From: Candidatus Eiseniibacteriota bacterium
GTDB taxonomy: Bacteria > Eisenbacteria > RBG-16-71-46 > CAIMUX01 > WJJG01
Assembly: GCA_023129715.1 (NCBI GenBank)
Contig: JAGMBO010000008.1
Coordinates: 58,340 to 122,339 of the forward strand
DNA: 64,000 nt
Reading direction: 5' to 3'
Below are positions 6,911 through 16,315 of this stretch, piece after piece. Every line of letters begins with the position of its first letter. Position 1 is the first letter of the stretch. The notes under the pieces are model-generated. The model was given only the letters and a program-made list of their open reading frames with translations. It ran no database searches and was not told the DNA's origin. Both the position numbers and the translations under genes were made by a program.

Positions 6911-9823
6911 TCAGTCGACGATGAGCATCCGCCGTGTCCAGACCCGGCTGCCAAGACGGAGGCGGCAGACGTAGAGACCTGCGGCAAGGCCTAGGCCCGC
7001 GTCGTCCGCGGACCAGCGCACTGCGCCGTCTTCAACGCCGCGCGCACCGCGCCAGACGAGCCTGCCCGAGATGTCGGAGATCTCCAGCTCGAGCTGGGTG
7101 ATGCCTCCCGAAATGTGCACCGGGATCCGAAACTCACCGAGGCAGGGATTCGGGCGGACGACCCCGATGGCGGTCCCACCCTCCTCATCGGGTGCATCCT
7201 CATCGGCGCCTTCCAGCGTCACATCCCCAAGCCCCCAATCGGGGTGGGTGACGGCCGTCGCCACCACGACCGGCTCCGGGCTTCCCGGAGTATGGAGCTC
7301 GACGCGCAGCTCCCAGCTCGATGGCGGCAGGCTGTCGGGCCAGGCGGTATGCCCCGAGCAGGCCTGCAGGCAGAGGGTGTCGGGCGCTGCGCCGCTGATC
7401 GTCCGATAGCGGGTGCTGCCGACATCGGTCCACGTCTCGCCATCCGGGCTCAGGAAGAGCGCCAGCGAGACCTGGGTCGTGCCACCGACGCAATCGGGGT
7501 CGCCGCAAACCTCGAGGGCGGTGAAGAAACCATCCCCATCCTCGTCTCCCGTCAAGGTGACCCACACCGCGGCCAGCGAGAGCTCTGGTTCGTCGAGTGC
7601 GAGAAACTGGGGCACCTCCCCCGGAATGAAGACCGCCAGGGTCTGCTCGGGAATCGGCGCCCAGCCGCCCTGCCCCGAGCCGAGCGACTCGGAAGCGACC
7701 ACCCAGAAGGGCGAGGCCTCCCCGTTGCGCCCGGCGGGCGCCGGGTAGTAGTGCTCGAAGTTGTATCCCGGTCCATAGTGCTGCAGCGCGTAGAGCGTGT
7801 CCCCCCGGGTGAGGACGAAATTGAGCATCTGTTCGTAGTCGTCGTGCAAGCCGGCATCCGCAACGATCGTACGCACAGCCGAGAGCAGGGCCGTCGTGAA
7901 ATCATCCTCTGGACGCTCGTCGATCAACTTGAACAGATAAAGCAGATAGAGCTCGGAGTCGATGTATCCGGTCCCGGGCGCACCGGGCGAATGATCGGGG
8001 GGATTGCAGAAGAGAAAGCTCGATCCCAGGCGGTCCTCCAATGCATCGGCATCGAGCCCCCCGTTGTGGGCGAAGAGGATCCCGCGGTGTTGGAAGGGAT
8101 GGGGATTGGGAATGCCACAGTGCCCCGAGCTGCCCCGCCGCACATGGGCAATCACCGCCGGCGGGAGGATCGCGGCGATCTCTTCGACCGCAAGTCTATA
8201 CTCCGGTTCGTGGGTGTCGCGGGCGGGAGGACCGCCCCGGCGGATCAGTGGCCGCCGCAGGGGAAGCTCGAGGTCGGCGGGGAGAAAACAGCCGATGCCC
8301 CACCCGTCGTCGTTGGTCTGCCCGAGTTCTCTCAAGTTCTGCCGTGATCCGTTCCAGAGGTGGTCGGTCACCATCTCGGAGGTGTAGTCCTGGCCGATCA
8401 GGCTCCAGAACCTGCAATTGTGCGCCACCGCGGGGACCGCCCGCTGTGGGCTCGTGGGCGGGCGCTCCTCGGGAAGGATCCCGCTCTGCGCGCGGTGGAC
8501 TGCGTGCGCCCCTGCCGCCGCGTCCGTCCCCGCGCCGGACGCCGCCCGATCTCCGCCGGCCGCATCGACGGACAGGAAGGTGGGCTCTTCACCGGGCACG
8601 AAGACGGCCAAGGTGCGCGGGGGGATCTGCGCCCAGGCGAGCGCATCCGAGCCGAGCGGTTCGGAGGCGACGGCCCAATAGGGCGAATCCTGCTTGCCCC
8701 CCGCGCCAGAGGAGCCCGCGCCCCGGCGCCCGCCCGGCGTATAGACCAGCGCATTGCTCGAACCGCTGCCATAGTAGTGCAACGCATAGAGGGTGTCGGC
8801 ACGGGTCAGCACGAAATTGAGCGCGGGCGACCCGCCCACGATTCGCGGATCGGCGGCGAAGGCGGCAACGGCCGCAACGAGTGCCTCGGTGAACTCGAGC
8901 GCGGGATGCTCACCGGCGTATTTCAGCAGACCGAGAAAGAGCAGCTCCGAGTCGATGTGTCCGGTCCCGCTGAAACCTTCCTTGTAGTCGGGGGGATGGC
9001 CGGTCAGATACTTGTCGAGATAGGCTTCGAGGCCCGCCTCGCGCACCCCGCCGTTGTGGGCGAAGAGCATCCCTTGATGGCGGAAGGGGTGGGGGTTGGG
9101 AATGCCCCAGTGGCCGGAGGTGCCGAAACGGACGTGGGCGATCGCCGCCTTGGGGCTGAGATCGGCCATCTCGGCCACCGTGAGACCATACTCGGGCTCG
9201 TGGGGATGCCCGGCGTAGGGACCGCCACGCCGGATGACCGCCATCTGCAGGGGGACGCGAGCGGAGTCGGACGGGAAGTAGCCGATGCCCCAGCCATCCG
9301 GGTTCTCCTGCCCCAAGCGCATCAGGTTCTCGTGACTGCCGTCGCGCAGGTGATCGGTGATCAGGTGGGCCGGACAGCCGCTTCCGATCAGGCCCCAGAG
9401 CCGGCAATTGTGGGGCACGGCGCCCAGGTTGCCGCCGTGGGGCCCGGCACCCACGCTGCCGCTGTGGGACTCGGCGCCCTCGCTGCCGCCGTGGGACTCG
9501 GCGCCGACGTTGCCGCTGTAGGACTCGGCGCCGACGTTGCCGCCGTGGGACTCGGCGCCGACGTTGCCGCTGTAGGACTCGGCGCCGACGTTGCCGCCGC
9601 CCGGAGATCCCGGGGGCACCACGGGCACCGAGAGTTCGCTTGGTCCTGCGAGCACCAAGAGCCCGGCCAGGGCGACCGGCCACAGCGCCGGCCCAAGGGC
9701 CCGGGCCCGGCGCCGGCCCGAATCGGCAGGCGCCGCCCCGCGCGGGACGGCTTTCTCCCGGATTGCGACTACGGCCTTCCAGGCGTAGAGTAACCCCTTC
9801 GGACTCATGGATTTCATCCGCAT
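6911..9823 (-). CDS. secreted protein with two tandem class-II glutamine amidotransferase-like (Ntn-hydrolase, YafJ/EgtC-type) domains, N-terminal 10-aa repeats and a T9SS C-terminal sorting domain
   Basis: 970 aa. Two homologous domains each begin HNCR(L/F)W(G/S)LIG and contain ...AHVR.G.SGH.GIPNPHPF.H.G.LFAHNGG. A GNVGAESxxG repeat region precedes them. The C-terminal ...GLYVCRLRLGSRVWTRRMLIVD resembles the Por/T9SS CTD. The N-terminus is hydrophobic and signal-like. Confidence 0.6.
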   Translation of the reverse strand: MRMKSMSPKGLLYAWKAVVAIREKAVPRGAAPADSGRRRARALGPALWPVALAGLLVLAGPSELSVPVVPPGSPGGGNVGAESYSGNVGAESHGGNVGAESYSGNVGAESHGGSEGAESHSGSVGAGPHGGNLGAVPHNCRLWGLIGSGCPAHLITDHLRDGSHENLMRLGQENPDGWGIGYFPSDSARVPLQMAVIRRGGPYAGHPHEPEYGLTVAEMADLSPKAAIAHVRFGTSGHWGIPNPHPFRHQGMLFAHNGGVREAGLEAYLDKYLTGHPPDYKEGFSGTGHIDSELLFLGLLKYAGEHPALEFTEALVAAVAAFAADPRIVGGSPALNFVLTRADTLYALHYYGSGSSNALVYTPGGRRGAGSSGAGGKQDSPYWAVASEPLGSDALAWAQIPPRTLAVFVPGEEPTFLSVDAAGGDRAASGAGTDAAAGAHAVHRAQSGILPEERPPTSPQRAVPAVAHNCRFWSLIGQDYTSEMVTDHLWNGSRQNLRELGQTNDDGWGIGCFLPADLELPLRRPLIRRGGPPARDTHEPEYRLAVEEIAAILPPAVIAHVRRGSSGHCGIPNPHPFQHRGILFAHNGGLDADALEDRLGSSFLFCNPPDHSPGAPGTGYIDSELYLLYLFKLIDERPEDDFTTALLSAVRTIVADAGLHDDYEQMLNFVLTRGDTLYALQHYGPGYNFEHYYPAPAGRNGEASPFWVVASESLGSGQGGWAPIPEQTLAVFIPGEVPQFLALDEPELSLAAVWVTLTGDEDGDGFFTALEVCGDPDCVGGTTQVSLALFLSPDGETWTDVGSTRYRTISGAAPDTLCLQACSGHTAWPDSLPPSSWELRVELHTPGSPEPVVVATAVTHPDWGLGDVTLEGADEDAPDEEGGTAIGVVRPNPCLGEFRIPVHISGGITQLELEISDISGRLVWRGARGVEDGAVRWSADDAGLGLAAGLYVCRLRLGSRVWTRRMLIVD
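9420..9605. repeat. ~30-bp tandem repeat array (~5-6 copies) inside the secreted GATase-II-like gene
   Basis: ggactcggcgccgacgttgccgc(c/t)gt(g/a)g repeated head-to-tail. Encodes GNVGAESxxG peptide repeats on the minus strand. Confidence 0.7.
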
Positions 9824-9850
9824 CGCCCTCTGGCCGGAGGTTTCCCCACG

Positions 9851-10924
9851 ATGTCCTCACGAGTCTACCTGCAGCGCATCGAGGATTGGAAGGATTTCGC
9901 CGGTGTGGCGGTCTCCTTCCGCAACTTACTGGAAGAGAGCAAGATCCTGGACATGGTCCGCGCCGACCGTCCCGCAGCGATCAAGCTGACCTTCGGTGAG
10001 GCAGGCAATCAGGGACACCCCCCGGTCCCGCTGGTGCGGGAACTGGTCGTCGCGCTGCGCGCCCGGGGCGGCCACCCCTTCCTGACCGAGACCAACACGC
10101 TCTACAACGGCCGGCGCAAGAACGCGCTCGATCACCTCGAGCTCGCCCGCGAACATGGCTTCGCCTTCGAGAACGTCGGCGCCCCGATCCTCTTTGGCGA
10201 CGGTCTGCTCGGACGGGAAACCTTCGATGTCACCTTGCCCTCGGACGACGTTCCGGTGGCGCATCTTGTACCCACAGTGAGAGATACGGATTCGCTGGTC
10301 GGTCTCGCCCACGCCACCGGCCATCTTCTGACCGGGTTCGGCGGCGCGATCAAGAACATCGGCATGGGGCTCGCCAGTCGCGTGGGCAAGCTCGAGATGC
10401 ACTCGGTCGTCAGTCCCCTCGTCCGCGAGGAGCAGTGCATCCTCTGTCTCGCCTGCATCGGCGCCTGTGCCCACGAGGCGATCCGCCGGGGAGAGACAGC
10501 CGTGGCGATCGACGGACAGCGCTGCACCGGGTGTGCGGAATGCCTCGCGGTCTGTCCCACCGGCGCAATCGGAATCGACTGGAGCAAGGACTCACGGCGC
10601 ATTCAGGAGCGGATGGCCGAATACGCGCTGGCGGTCTGCCGCGTGCTGGAGCCGCGGATCGCCTTCGTCAATCTCCTCAACCACATCTCGGATCACTGTG
10701 ACTGCATCGGACCGACCCCGAATCTGATCGCGCCCGACATCGGCATCGCCCTCTCCCGGGACCCGGTGGCCCTCGACCAGGCCACCCTCGACCTGGTCCG
10801 CGAGGCGGCCGGGGGCGACCCCTTCCGGGCGGCCTGGCCCGAGGCCGATGCGGAGGCCCAGCTTGCCCACGCCGAGGCGATCGCCTTGGGCAGCCGCCAC
10901 TACGAGTTGGTCGAGACCGGCTAA
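9851..10924 (+). CDS. DUF362 domain protein with inserted 2x[4Fe-4S] ferredoxin domain
   Basis: 357 aa. CILCLACIGACAHEA and CTGCAECLAVCPTGA ferredoxin motifs sit inside a DUF362-like scaffold. Confidence 0.55.
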   Translation: MSSRVYLQRIEDWKDFAGVAVSFRNLLEESKILDMVRADRPAAIKLTFGEAGNQGHPPVPLVRELVVALRARGGHPFLTETNTLYNGRRKNALDHLELAREHGFAFENVGAPILFGDGLLGRETFDVTLPSDDVPVAHLVPTVRDTDSLVGLAHATGHLLTGFGGAIKNIGMGLASRVGKLEMHSVVSPLVREEQCILCLACIGACAHEAIRRGETAVAIDGQRCTGCAECLAVCPTGAIGIDWSKDSRRIQERMAEYALAVCRVLEPRIAFVNLLNHISDHCDCIGPTPNLIAPDIGIALSRDPVALDQATLDLVREAAGGDPFRAAWPEADAEAQLAHAEAIALGSRHYELVETG

Positions 10925-10927
10925 CAA

Positions 10928-10968
10928 CCCGTGGCGGAGATGCTCCGTGGTCTGACTTCTGCCACGGG
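10928..10968 (+). terminator. candidate intrinsic terminator hairpin downstream of the DUF362 gene
   Basis: cccgtggc ...23 nt... gccacggg. 8-bp stem starting 4 nt after stop codon 10922-10924. No clear U-tract. Confidence 0.3.
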
Positions 10969-11084
10969 CTGCGGGGCCCGGAATTGGCCGAGATCCGCTA
11001 GAGGGGCGGGAAAGGGGATTGCTCTGGAACCACCGCAGCCGATAGCTTTATAGGATACAGAAACGGCTCCATCGAGGAGGAGAC

Positions 11085-12092
11085 ATGACCCGACACCACT
11101 CTGCCCTGCTCGCGCTGCTCGCGGCCCTGGTCTTGACGGTCGGCGGCTGCAGCTTCGGCTTCCTCGGCTCGAAGAGCGACTCGGGGTTGCGCCCGACCAA
11201 TGTCGAGGTGCGCATCATCTCCCAGAGTTGCTTTCAAGGAGAGATCGAGCCCTGTGGGTGACACGGCAAGAAGGGTGGGCTGGCCCGGCGGGCCGCCTTC
11301 ATCGATTCACTACGCACGGTCAGCGACCGGCTTCTGCTGATGGATGTGGGAGACTTCATGGGACGTCTCGCCGGCCGTGACCAACCGAAGTCGGTGCTGA
11401 TCTGGAAGGAATTCGAGCGCCTCGGCTACGATGCGGTGACCCTGGGCGAAATCGAACTACGCCACTGGGATCTGCTCCCCGAGTTGATGGAGCAGCACCC
11501 GATCCCTCTGGTCTGCACGAATCTTGAACAGCTTCAGGATGGGCATTGGGCGCCTCTGGGTGAAAAGTACCTGATTATCGATGCCGACGGCGTCAAGGTC
11601 GGAGTGCTCGGCGTGATCTCCGAGAGCCTCGTCAGTGCCCACATCGTCCGGGCGACCAACGAGGAGATCCGCGTGCTCCCGCCCATGGAGGAAATCGACC
11701 GGCTGGTCCCGATCCTCGCGGAGCAGACCGACGTGATCGTCGTGCTGGCCCATATGGAAGCCCAGGCCTTCGAGCAATTTGCCTCGCTGCTCAACGGTGT
11801 CGACGTCCTGTTGGGCGGGCATGTGACCCGCCGGGACGAGGCGCCACTGCAGATCGCCGATGTGATCGTCAATCGCTCCGGCACCCGCGGCCAGGCGTTG
11901 GCCTCAACCCGCATGATCATCTCACCCCATGGCGAGGTGATCGACTTCGGCGGCCGCAATGCCATCCTGCTGCCCGAGTACCCTGAAGACCCGGTGGTCC
12001 TCGAGGCAATTGCCCAGGCGAACCGCATCGCCATGGATCAGCGCAAGGACGAACACAAAGCGCGGCCCCGAGGGGCGACCACCGGCCAGTAG
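11085..12092 (+). pseudogene. 5'-nucleotidase/calcineurin-like metallophosphoesterase family lipoprotein interrupted by an in-frame TGA (codon 59)
   Basis: An ATG at 11085 opens a lipoprotein signal (LLALLAALVLTVGGCS). An in-frame TGA at 11259-11261 is followed, in the same frame, by HGKKGGLARRAAFIDSLR...LLLMDVGDF and the ORF 11340..12092. These segments show 5'-nucleotidase N-domain similarity. GNHE is replaced by GEIE, so catalytic motifs look degenerate. Confidence 0.5.
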
Positions 12093-12178
12093 CGCAAGGC
12101 GGCCGGGCACACCAACCATGACGTGCGACCGGCCCCGGCAGACGCACCCCCGACCCACGGGCGCCATCAGGAGGGCCG

Positions 12179-12763
12179 ATGGAAGAACATCCCCCCACCG
12201 CAAGCGGACGATCCCCGCTCCAGGATCCCGTGGCCGAGATCGTGCGCATCGTGATCCGGACGCTCTGGATCCTCTTCGCCGGCTTCTGCCTGGCCCCGGC
12301 CGCCTATCTTCTCGTATTGCTCGCGATCGCCCCCGGCGAGGGCGCCGGGATGCAGGGCCTCGCGGGCGAGGCGCCGGCGCAGTGGGATCAATGGCAGTTC
12401 CTCTTCGCCGCGACCGGGATCGTCTGCATCTACGCCTCCTTCCGGCTGCGGCGATACGTGCTGAATCCGACCAGCCTTCGCGACCGGGCGCTGCAGAGCG
12501 TCGAGAAGGAGGCCGCGGCCCGGGGAGGGGGCGCGCTGCCCCAGATGATCCAGGGCCTGATTGGACGCCTGGCGCTTGGACATGTGCTTTTGTGGGCGTT
12601 GGTCGAGATCCCCGCGATCCTCGGGGTCGTCGACCGCTTTGTCAGCGGCGAGACGCGCTTTTTCGTCGGGCTGGTCATCTTGACCGGCATCGGCCTCTAC
12701 GCCCAGCGCCCCTCGCGCAAGTGGATCGCCGGATTGCTCCACGACGTGCTCCGGGCGCGCTAA
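12179..12763 (+). CDS. hypothetical membrane protein
   Basis: 194 aa with several hydrophobic helices (RTLWILFAGFCLAPAAYLLVLLAIAP; LLWALVEIPAILGVV; FFVGLVILTGIGLYA). Confidence 0.4.
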   Translation: MEEHPPTASGRSPLQDPVAEIVRIVIRTLWILFAGFCLAPAAYLLVLLAIAPGEGAGMQGLAGEAPAQWDQWQFLFAATGIVCIYASFRLRRYVLNPTSLRDRALQSVEKEAAARGGGALPQMIQGLIGRLALGHVLLWALVEIPAILGVVDRFVSGETRFFVGLVILTGIGLYAQRPSRKWIAGLLHDVLRAR

Positions 12764-12822
12764 TCCTTCCCAACTCCGTGGCGCCTTTGATAGACTGGCT
12801 GGTCGCCTAATCCACAGGCCTG

Positions 12823-14082
12823 TTGTCGCCAAAGGGGGAGAGATCGAGCATGGAGTCCGCAACCGGAGAACGCATCGAGGCCAACCGCAGCCGCCGTCTG
12901 ATCGAACTCGCCGAACGGTTCGGTGCCCACAACTACCATCCTCTGGATGTCGTCATCGAACGCGGTGAGGGGATCTGGGTCTGGGATGCGGATGGGCGGA
13001 AGTACGTCGACTGTCTCTCCGCCTACTCGGCGCTCAATCAGGGACACTGCCATCCGGCGATCATCCAGGCCTTGGTCGAGCAGTCGCGGCACCTCACCTT
13101 GACCTCGCGGGCCTTTCACAATGCGGAGATGGGCCCGTTTCTCGAGGAGCTGTGCGACTACGTCGGCATGGAGATGGCATTGCCGATGAACACCGGCGCC
13201 GAGGCGGTCGAGACGGCGATCAAGACGGTGCGCAAGTGGGGCTACACGTACAAGGGGGTGCCCGACGATAAGGCCGAGATCATCGTCTGCGAGGGCAACT
13301 TCCATGGGCGCACGACGACGATCGTCGGGTTCTCATCGGATACTCAGTACCAGGAGGGCTTCGGCCCCTTCACCCCCGGATTCACGATCATCCCCTACGG
13401 TGATGCGGAGGCGCTACGCAAGGCGATCACTCCCCATACCGTCGGCTTCCTCGTCGAACCGATCCAGGGAGAAGGCGGGGTCATGGTGCCGCCGGCGGGA
13501 TACCTGCGCGAGACGAAGCAGATTTGCGAGACTCAGCGCGTCCTCTTTGTCGCCGATGAAATCCAGACCGCCTTCGGCCGCACCGGCCGGCGCCTCTGTT
13601 GCGACCACGAAGATGTCGCCCCCGACGTGATCATCCTCGGCAAGGCCCTCGGCGGGGGGGTCTATCCCGTCTCCGCCGTCTGCGCTTCGCGAGAGATCCT
13701 GGGCGTCTTCCGTCCCGGGGACCATGGATCGACCTTCGGCGGCAATCCCCTCGCGGCAGCGGTCGCCCGGGCGGCGCTGCGCGTGCTGCGCGAAGAACGG
13801 CTGGCCGAGCGGGCGGCGGAGTTGGGACCGTACTTCATGGAGCAGCTGCGCGCGATCGAATCCCCGGTGGTCGAGCAAGTGCGCGGCAAGGGGCTGCTGG
13901 TCGGCGTGGTGATCAAGGAAGAAGCCGGCCCGGCGCGTCCCTTCTGCGAAGCCCTGCGCGAAGAGGGCATCCTCGCCAAGGAGACCCACGGGCAGGTGAT
14001 CCGCTTCGCCCCGCCGCTGGTCATCGGGCGGGAAGAAATCGATTGGATCCTCGCCCGCGTACGCAAGGTGTTGCCGCAGTAG
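12823..14082 (+). CDS. rocD: ornithine aminotransferase (class III PLP-dependent aminotransferase)
   Basis: Strong match to the ornithine--oxo-acid transaminase pattern: HNYHPL.VVI.RGEG..VWD..GRKY.D.LSAYSA.NQGHCHP.I..AL..Q...LTLTSRAF.N, then [18 protein letters not shown] and CEGNFHGRT. An alternative start lies at 12850. Confidence 0.8.
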   Translation: MSPKGERSSMESATGERIEANRSRRLIELAERFGAHNYHPLDVVIERGEGIWVWDADGRKYVDCLSAYSALNQGHCHPAIIQALVEQSRHLTLTSRAFHNAEMGPFLEELCDYVGMEMALPMNTGAEAVETAIKTVRKWGYTYKGVPDDKAEIIVCEGNFHGRTTTIVGFSSDTQYQEGFGPFTPGFTIIPYGDAEALRKAITPHTVGFLVEPIQGEGGVMVPPAGYLRETKQICETQRVLFVADEIQTAFGRTGRRLCCDHEDVAPDVIILGKALGGGVYPVSAVCASREILGVFRPGDHGSTFGGNPLAAAVARAALRVLREERLAERAAELGPYFMEQLRAIESPVVEQVRGKGLLVGVVIKEEAGPARPFCEALREEGILAKETHGQVIRFAPPLVIGREEIDWILARVRKVLPQ

Positions 14083-14134
14083 GCCGCGTCGGGCGATCAG
14101 AGGCGTTGCCCCAGTAGACCATCTCGCGGCAGAG

Positions 14135-14838
14135 CTATCCCTGCCACGGCCGCGCGGTTCCGCAGTAGGCTCTCAGCTTGCCCCGGACACGGAACAGGTC
14201 GCTGCGCACGAGGCTCAAGACCACCCAGTCGTACCGCCCACGGCGCCCGGGAATCGACTCCGCTTTGCGCAGCACTCCTTCGCGGACGAAACCGAGCTTG
14301 CGTACAACGCGCAGACTGGGCGCATTGCCGCTGGCCACCTCGACGGCGACGCGTTCGAGGCGCAGGCGGCTGAAAGCCCAGAGCAGCACGGCAGCGCACG
14401 CCTCGGTGCCGTGTCCCTGTCCCGTGCAAGGCGTGCGAATCCAGTAGCCGATCGTCCCGACCTTCTGATCGAGCGAGATCTGGTGCATGCCGAGGGTGCC
14501 GCAAAAGCGCCCCGCCGGACGCCGGCGAGGCCGCGCGCGCGGGCCGCGCGGAGAGCCTCCTGACTCGCCGCTCCCCGGCTGGCCGCTCCTCGCGGCGGCG
14601 AGCGCGTCACGCTCCCAAATCCCCCAGGCGATCGAGCTACGACTGCGCCCGGTGCTGCGAATGAAGGCCCGGGTCTTCTCGACGTCGAAATCGGTCGCGG
14701 CAAAAGGCAACCAGCGCCGCAGCACGCGGCGGCTCTCCTCGATCGCAGCAAAGACCTCGCCCGCGTCCCGAGGGTGCAACGGAGCGAGGATCAATCGCCG
14801 CGTCGCCAACCGAGGGCGTTCGAGCTTGCTGGGTGGCG
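14135..14838 (-). CDS. GNAT family N-acetyltransferase (RimJ/RimL-like)
   Basis: GNAT core (RLILAPLHPRDAGEVF...; VGTIGYWIRTPCTGQGHGTEA; ...VREGVLRKAE) with an Arg/Pro-rich insertion. The start is set at the internal ATG (MPAPPSKLERP) because the upstream ORF extension is low-complexity. Confidence 0.5.
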
Positions 14839-15391
14839 CCGGCATGCGTGACCTCCCCTGTTGCGCCTTCGCGGTGCTCTCCGTGACCATCGACTTCTCT
14901 TGTCCCATCTTGGGCCGAAGCGAGCCTGGTTTTCGCCTGCGGGCGCGCTCGGGAGGGAGCGTGGTCGTCAAACGAGGCCCGCGAGACTGGCCACGACCTG
15001 CGACGGCGACCCCTTGGACGGCACCGAGCTCGTCGTCAATTATCGGCAACTGCGCCAACAATCCCACTACCTGGGACATCGGCGCGAGTGTCGAGGAATG
15101 CGACGACTGGTGGTGGGGAAAGAAAGCTGATGAGGTAATCAACACGATCTTCGAGGAGCAGGACTAGCACTGCTCCTCGCGAGACGGAACCGCGCGAGTC
15201 ATGGCGAGCCTGTCGCCGGGCTCGGCGGCAAAGGAACCACGCGTTGGGAGTTGGGCGACTCTCGGATCCGGTCGGTGCGCCTTCATGCGTACCGACCGTT
15301 CCCTTCTGCTGGACAAACCGGTCAGCCCCGACCTACCCTCAGAATGGGGTGTCGATTCCCGCGACACCGCTCACCTCAAGGATGGAACGCG

Positions 15392-16315
15392 ATGCACGAG
15401 CCCGCCTATCTGGCCCTTCATCAGCAGGGCGAGCTTGCCCGGCGCGCCGCCGCCGCGCAGGCGCGTCTCGCCGCCTGCGATCTCTGCCCCCGGCGATGCG
15501 GGGTCGAGCGGACCACCGGGGAGTTCGGCTTCTGCGCGACCGGCCGGCATGCGCTGCTCTCGAGTGCGGAAGCCCATTTCGGTGAGGAGGCCCCGCTCAC
15601 CGGCCGGCGGGGATCGGGTACGATCTTTGTCAGCGGGTGCAACCTGGGATGCGATTTCTGCCAGAACGCCGAGATCAGCCATGCCAGGATCGGTCGCGAG
15701 GTGACCGCCGATGAATGGGCCGAGGCGATGCTCGCCCTGCAGCGGCAGGGCTGCCACAACGTCAACATCGTGACGCCCACCCACGTCGTTCCCGCATTGC
15801 TCGAAGCGCTCGAGATCGCCGCCGCCCACGACCTCCACCTGCCCCTTGTCTACAACAGCGGCGGCTACGACGCCCCCGACGCACTGGCGCTTCTGGAGGG
15901 GGTGGTCGACATCTACATGCCCGACTTCAAGTTCTGGGATCCCGACGTGGCCGGTCGTTACGCCCAGGCTCCCGACTACCCCGAGTGGGCGCGCCGCGCG
16001 ATCCGGGAGATGCACCGGCAGGTCGGGGACCTCCAGCTCGACCCCGCGGGTATTGCCGAGCGAGGGTTGCTCGTGCGCCATCTCGTGCTGCCCGACGGTC
16101 TCGCTGGAACCAAGAGCGTGTGCCGCTTTCTGGCTGCGGAGATCTCGCCGGAGACCTACGTGAATATCATGGAGCAGTATCATCCCGCGGGGCGAATCAG
16201 CGGTGATGATCCGCTCGCCCGGCGCACGTCACAGGAAGAACACGAAGAAGCCCTGCGGGAAGCCCGCTCCGCGGGGTTGCGGAGGCTCGATGAACGATCG
16301 GCACGAGTTCTCTAG
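15392..16315 (+). CDS. radical SAM protein, PflX-like (pyruvate formate-lyase activating enzyme homolog, COG1313)
   Basis: CNLGCDFCQN CxxxCxxC motif follows GFCATGRHALLSS...GSGTIFVSG. The N-terminus MHEPAYLALHQQGELARRA...CDLCPRRCGVERT is typical of PflX. The start is set at the internal ATG. Confidence 0.65.
   Translation: MHEPAYLALHQQGELARRAAAAQARLAACDLCPRRCGVERTTGEFGFCATGRHALLSSAEAHFGEEAPLTGRRGSGTIFVSGCNLGCDFCQNAEISHARIGREVTADEWAEAMLALQRQGCHNVNIVTPTHVVPALLEALEIAAAHDLHLPLVYNSGGYDAPDALALLEGVVDIYMPDFKFWDPDVAGRYAQAPDYPEWARRAIREMHRQVGDLQLDPAGIAERGLLVRHLVLPDGLAGTKSVCRFLAAEISPETYVNIMEQYHPAGRISGDDPLARRTSQEEHEEALREARSAGLRRLDERSARVL

Noticed and set aside
9420-9605. Tandem repeat arrays (9420-9605, 49535-49606, 55868-55911, 57607-57648) considered as CRISPR arrays
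   Set aside because: They are perfect head-to-tail repeats with no unique spacers. Most sit inside coding sequence encoding peptide repeats, and no cas genes are nearby.
11259-11261. Reading the in-frame TGA as a genome-wide alternative genetic code (TGA=Gly/Trp)
   Set aside because: All other genes in the window terminate normally, many with TGA, and the GC content is inconsistent with code-25 or code-4 lineages. A single local event is more likely.
15251-15391. Upstream extensions of ORFs (15251 TTG start for the radical SAM gene; 16203 for the lipoprotein; 50285 for the epimerase; 45066 for NfnAB; 14839-15145 for the GNAT)
   Set aside because: The extensions are low-complexity and lack homology. 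Internal ATGs give N-termini that match the family (PflX MHEPAYL..., Rossmann GATGMIG, PyrK-like MYRIV...).
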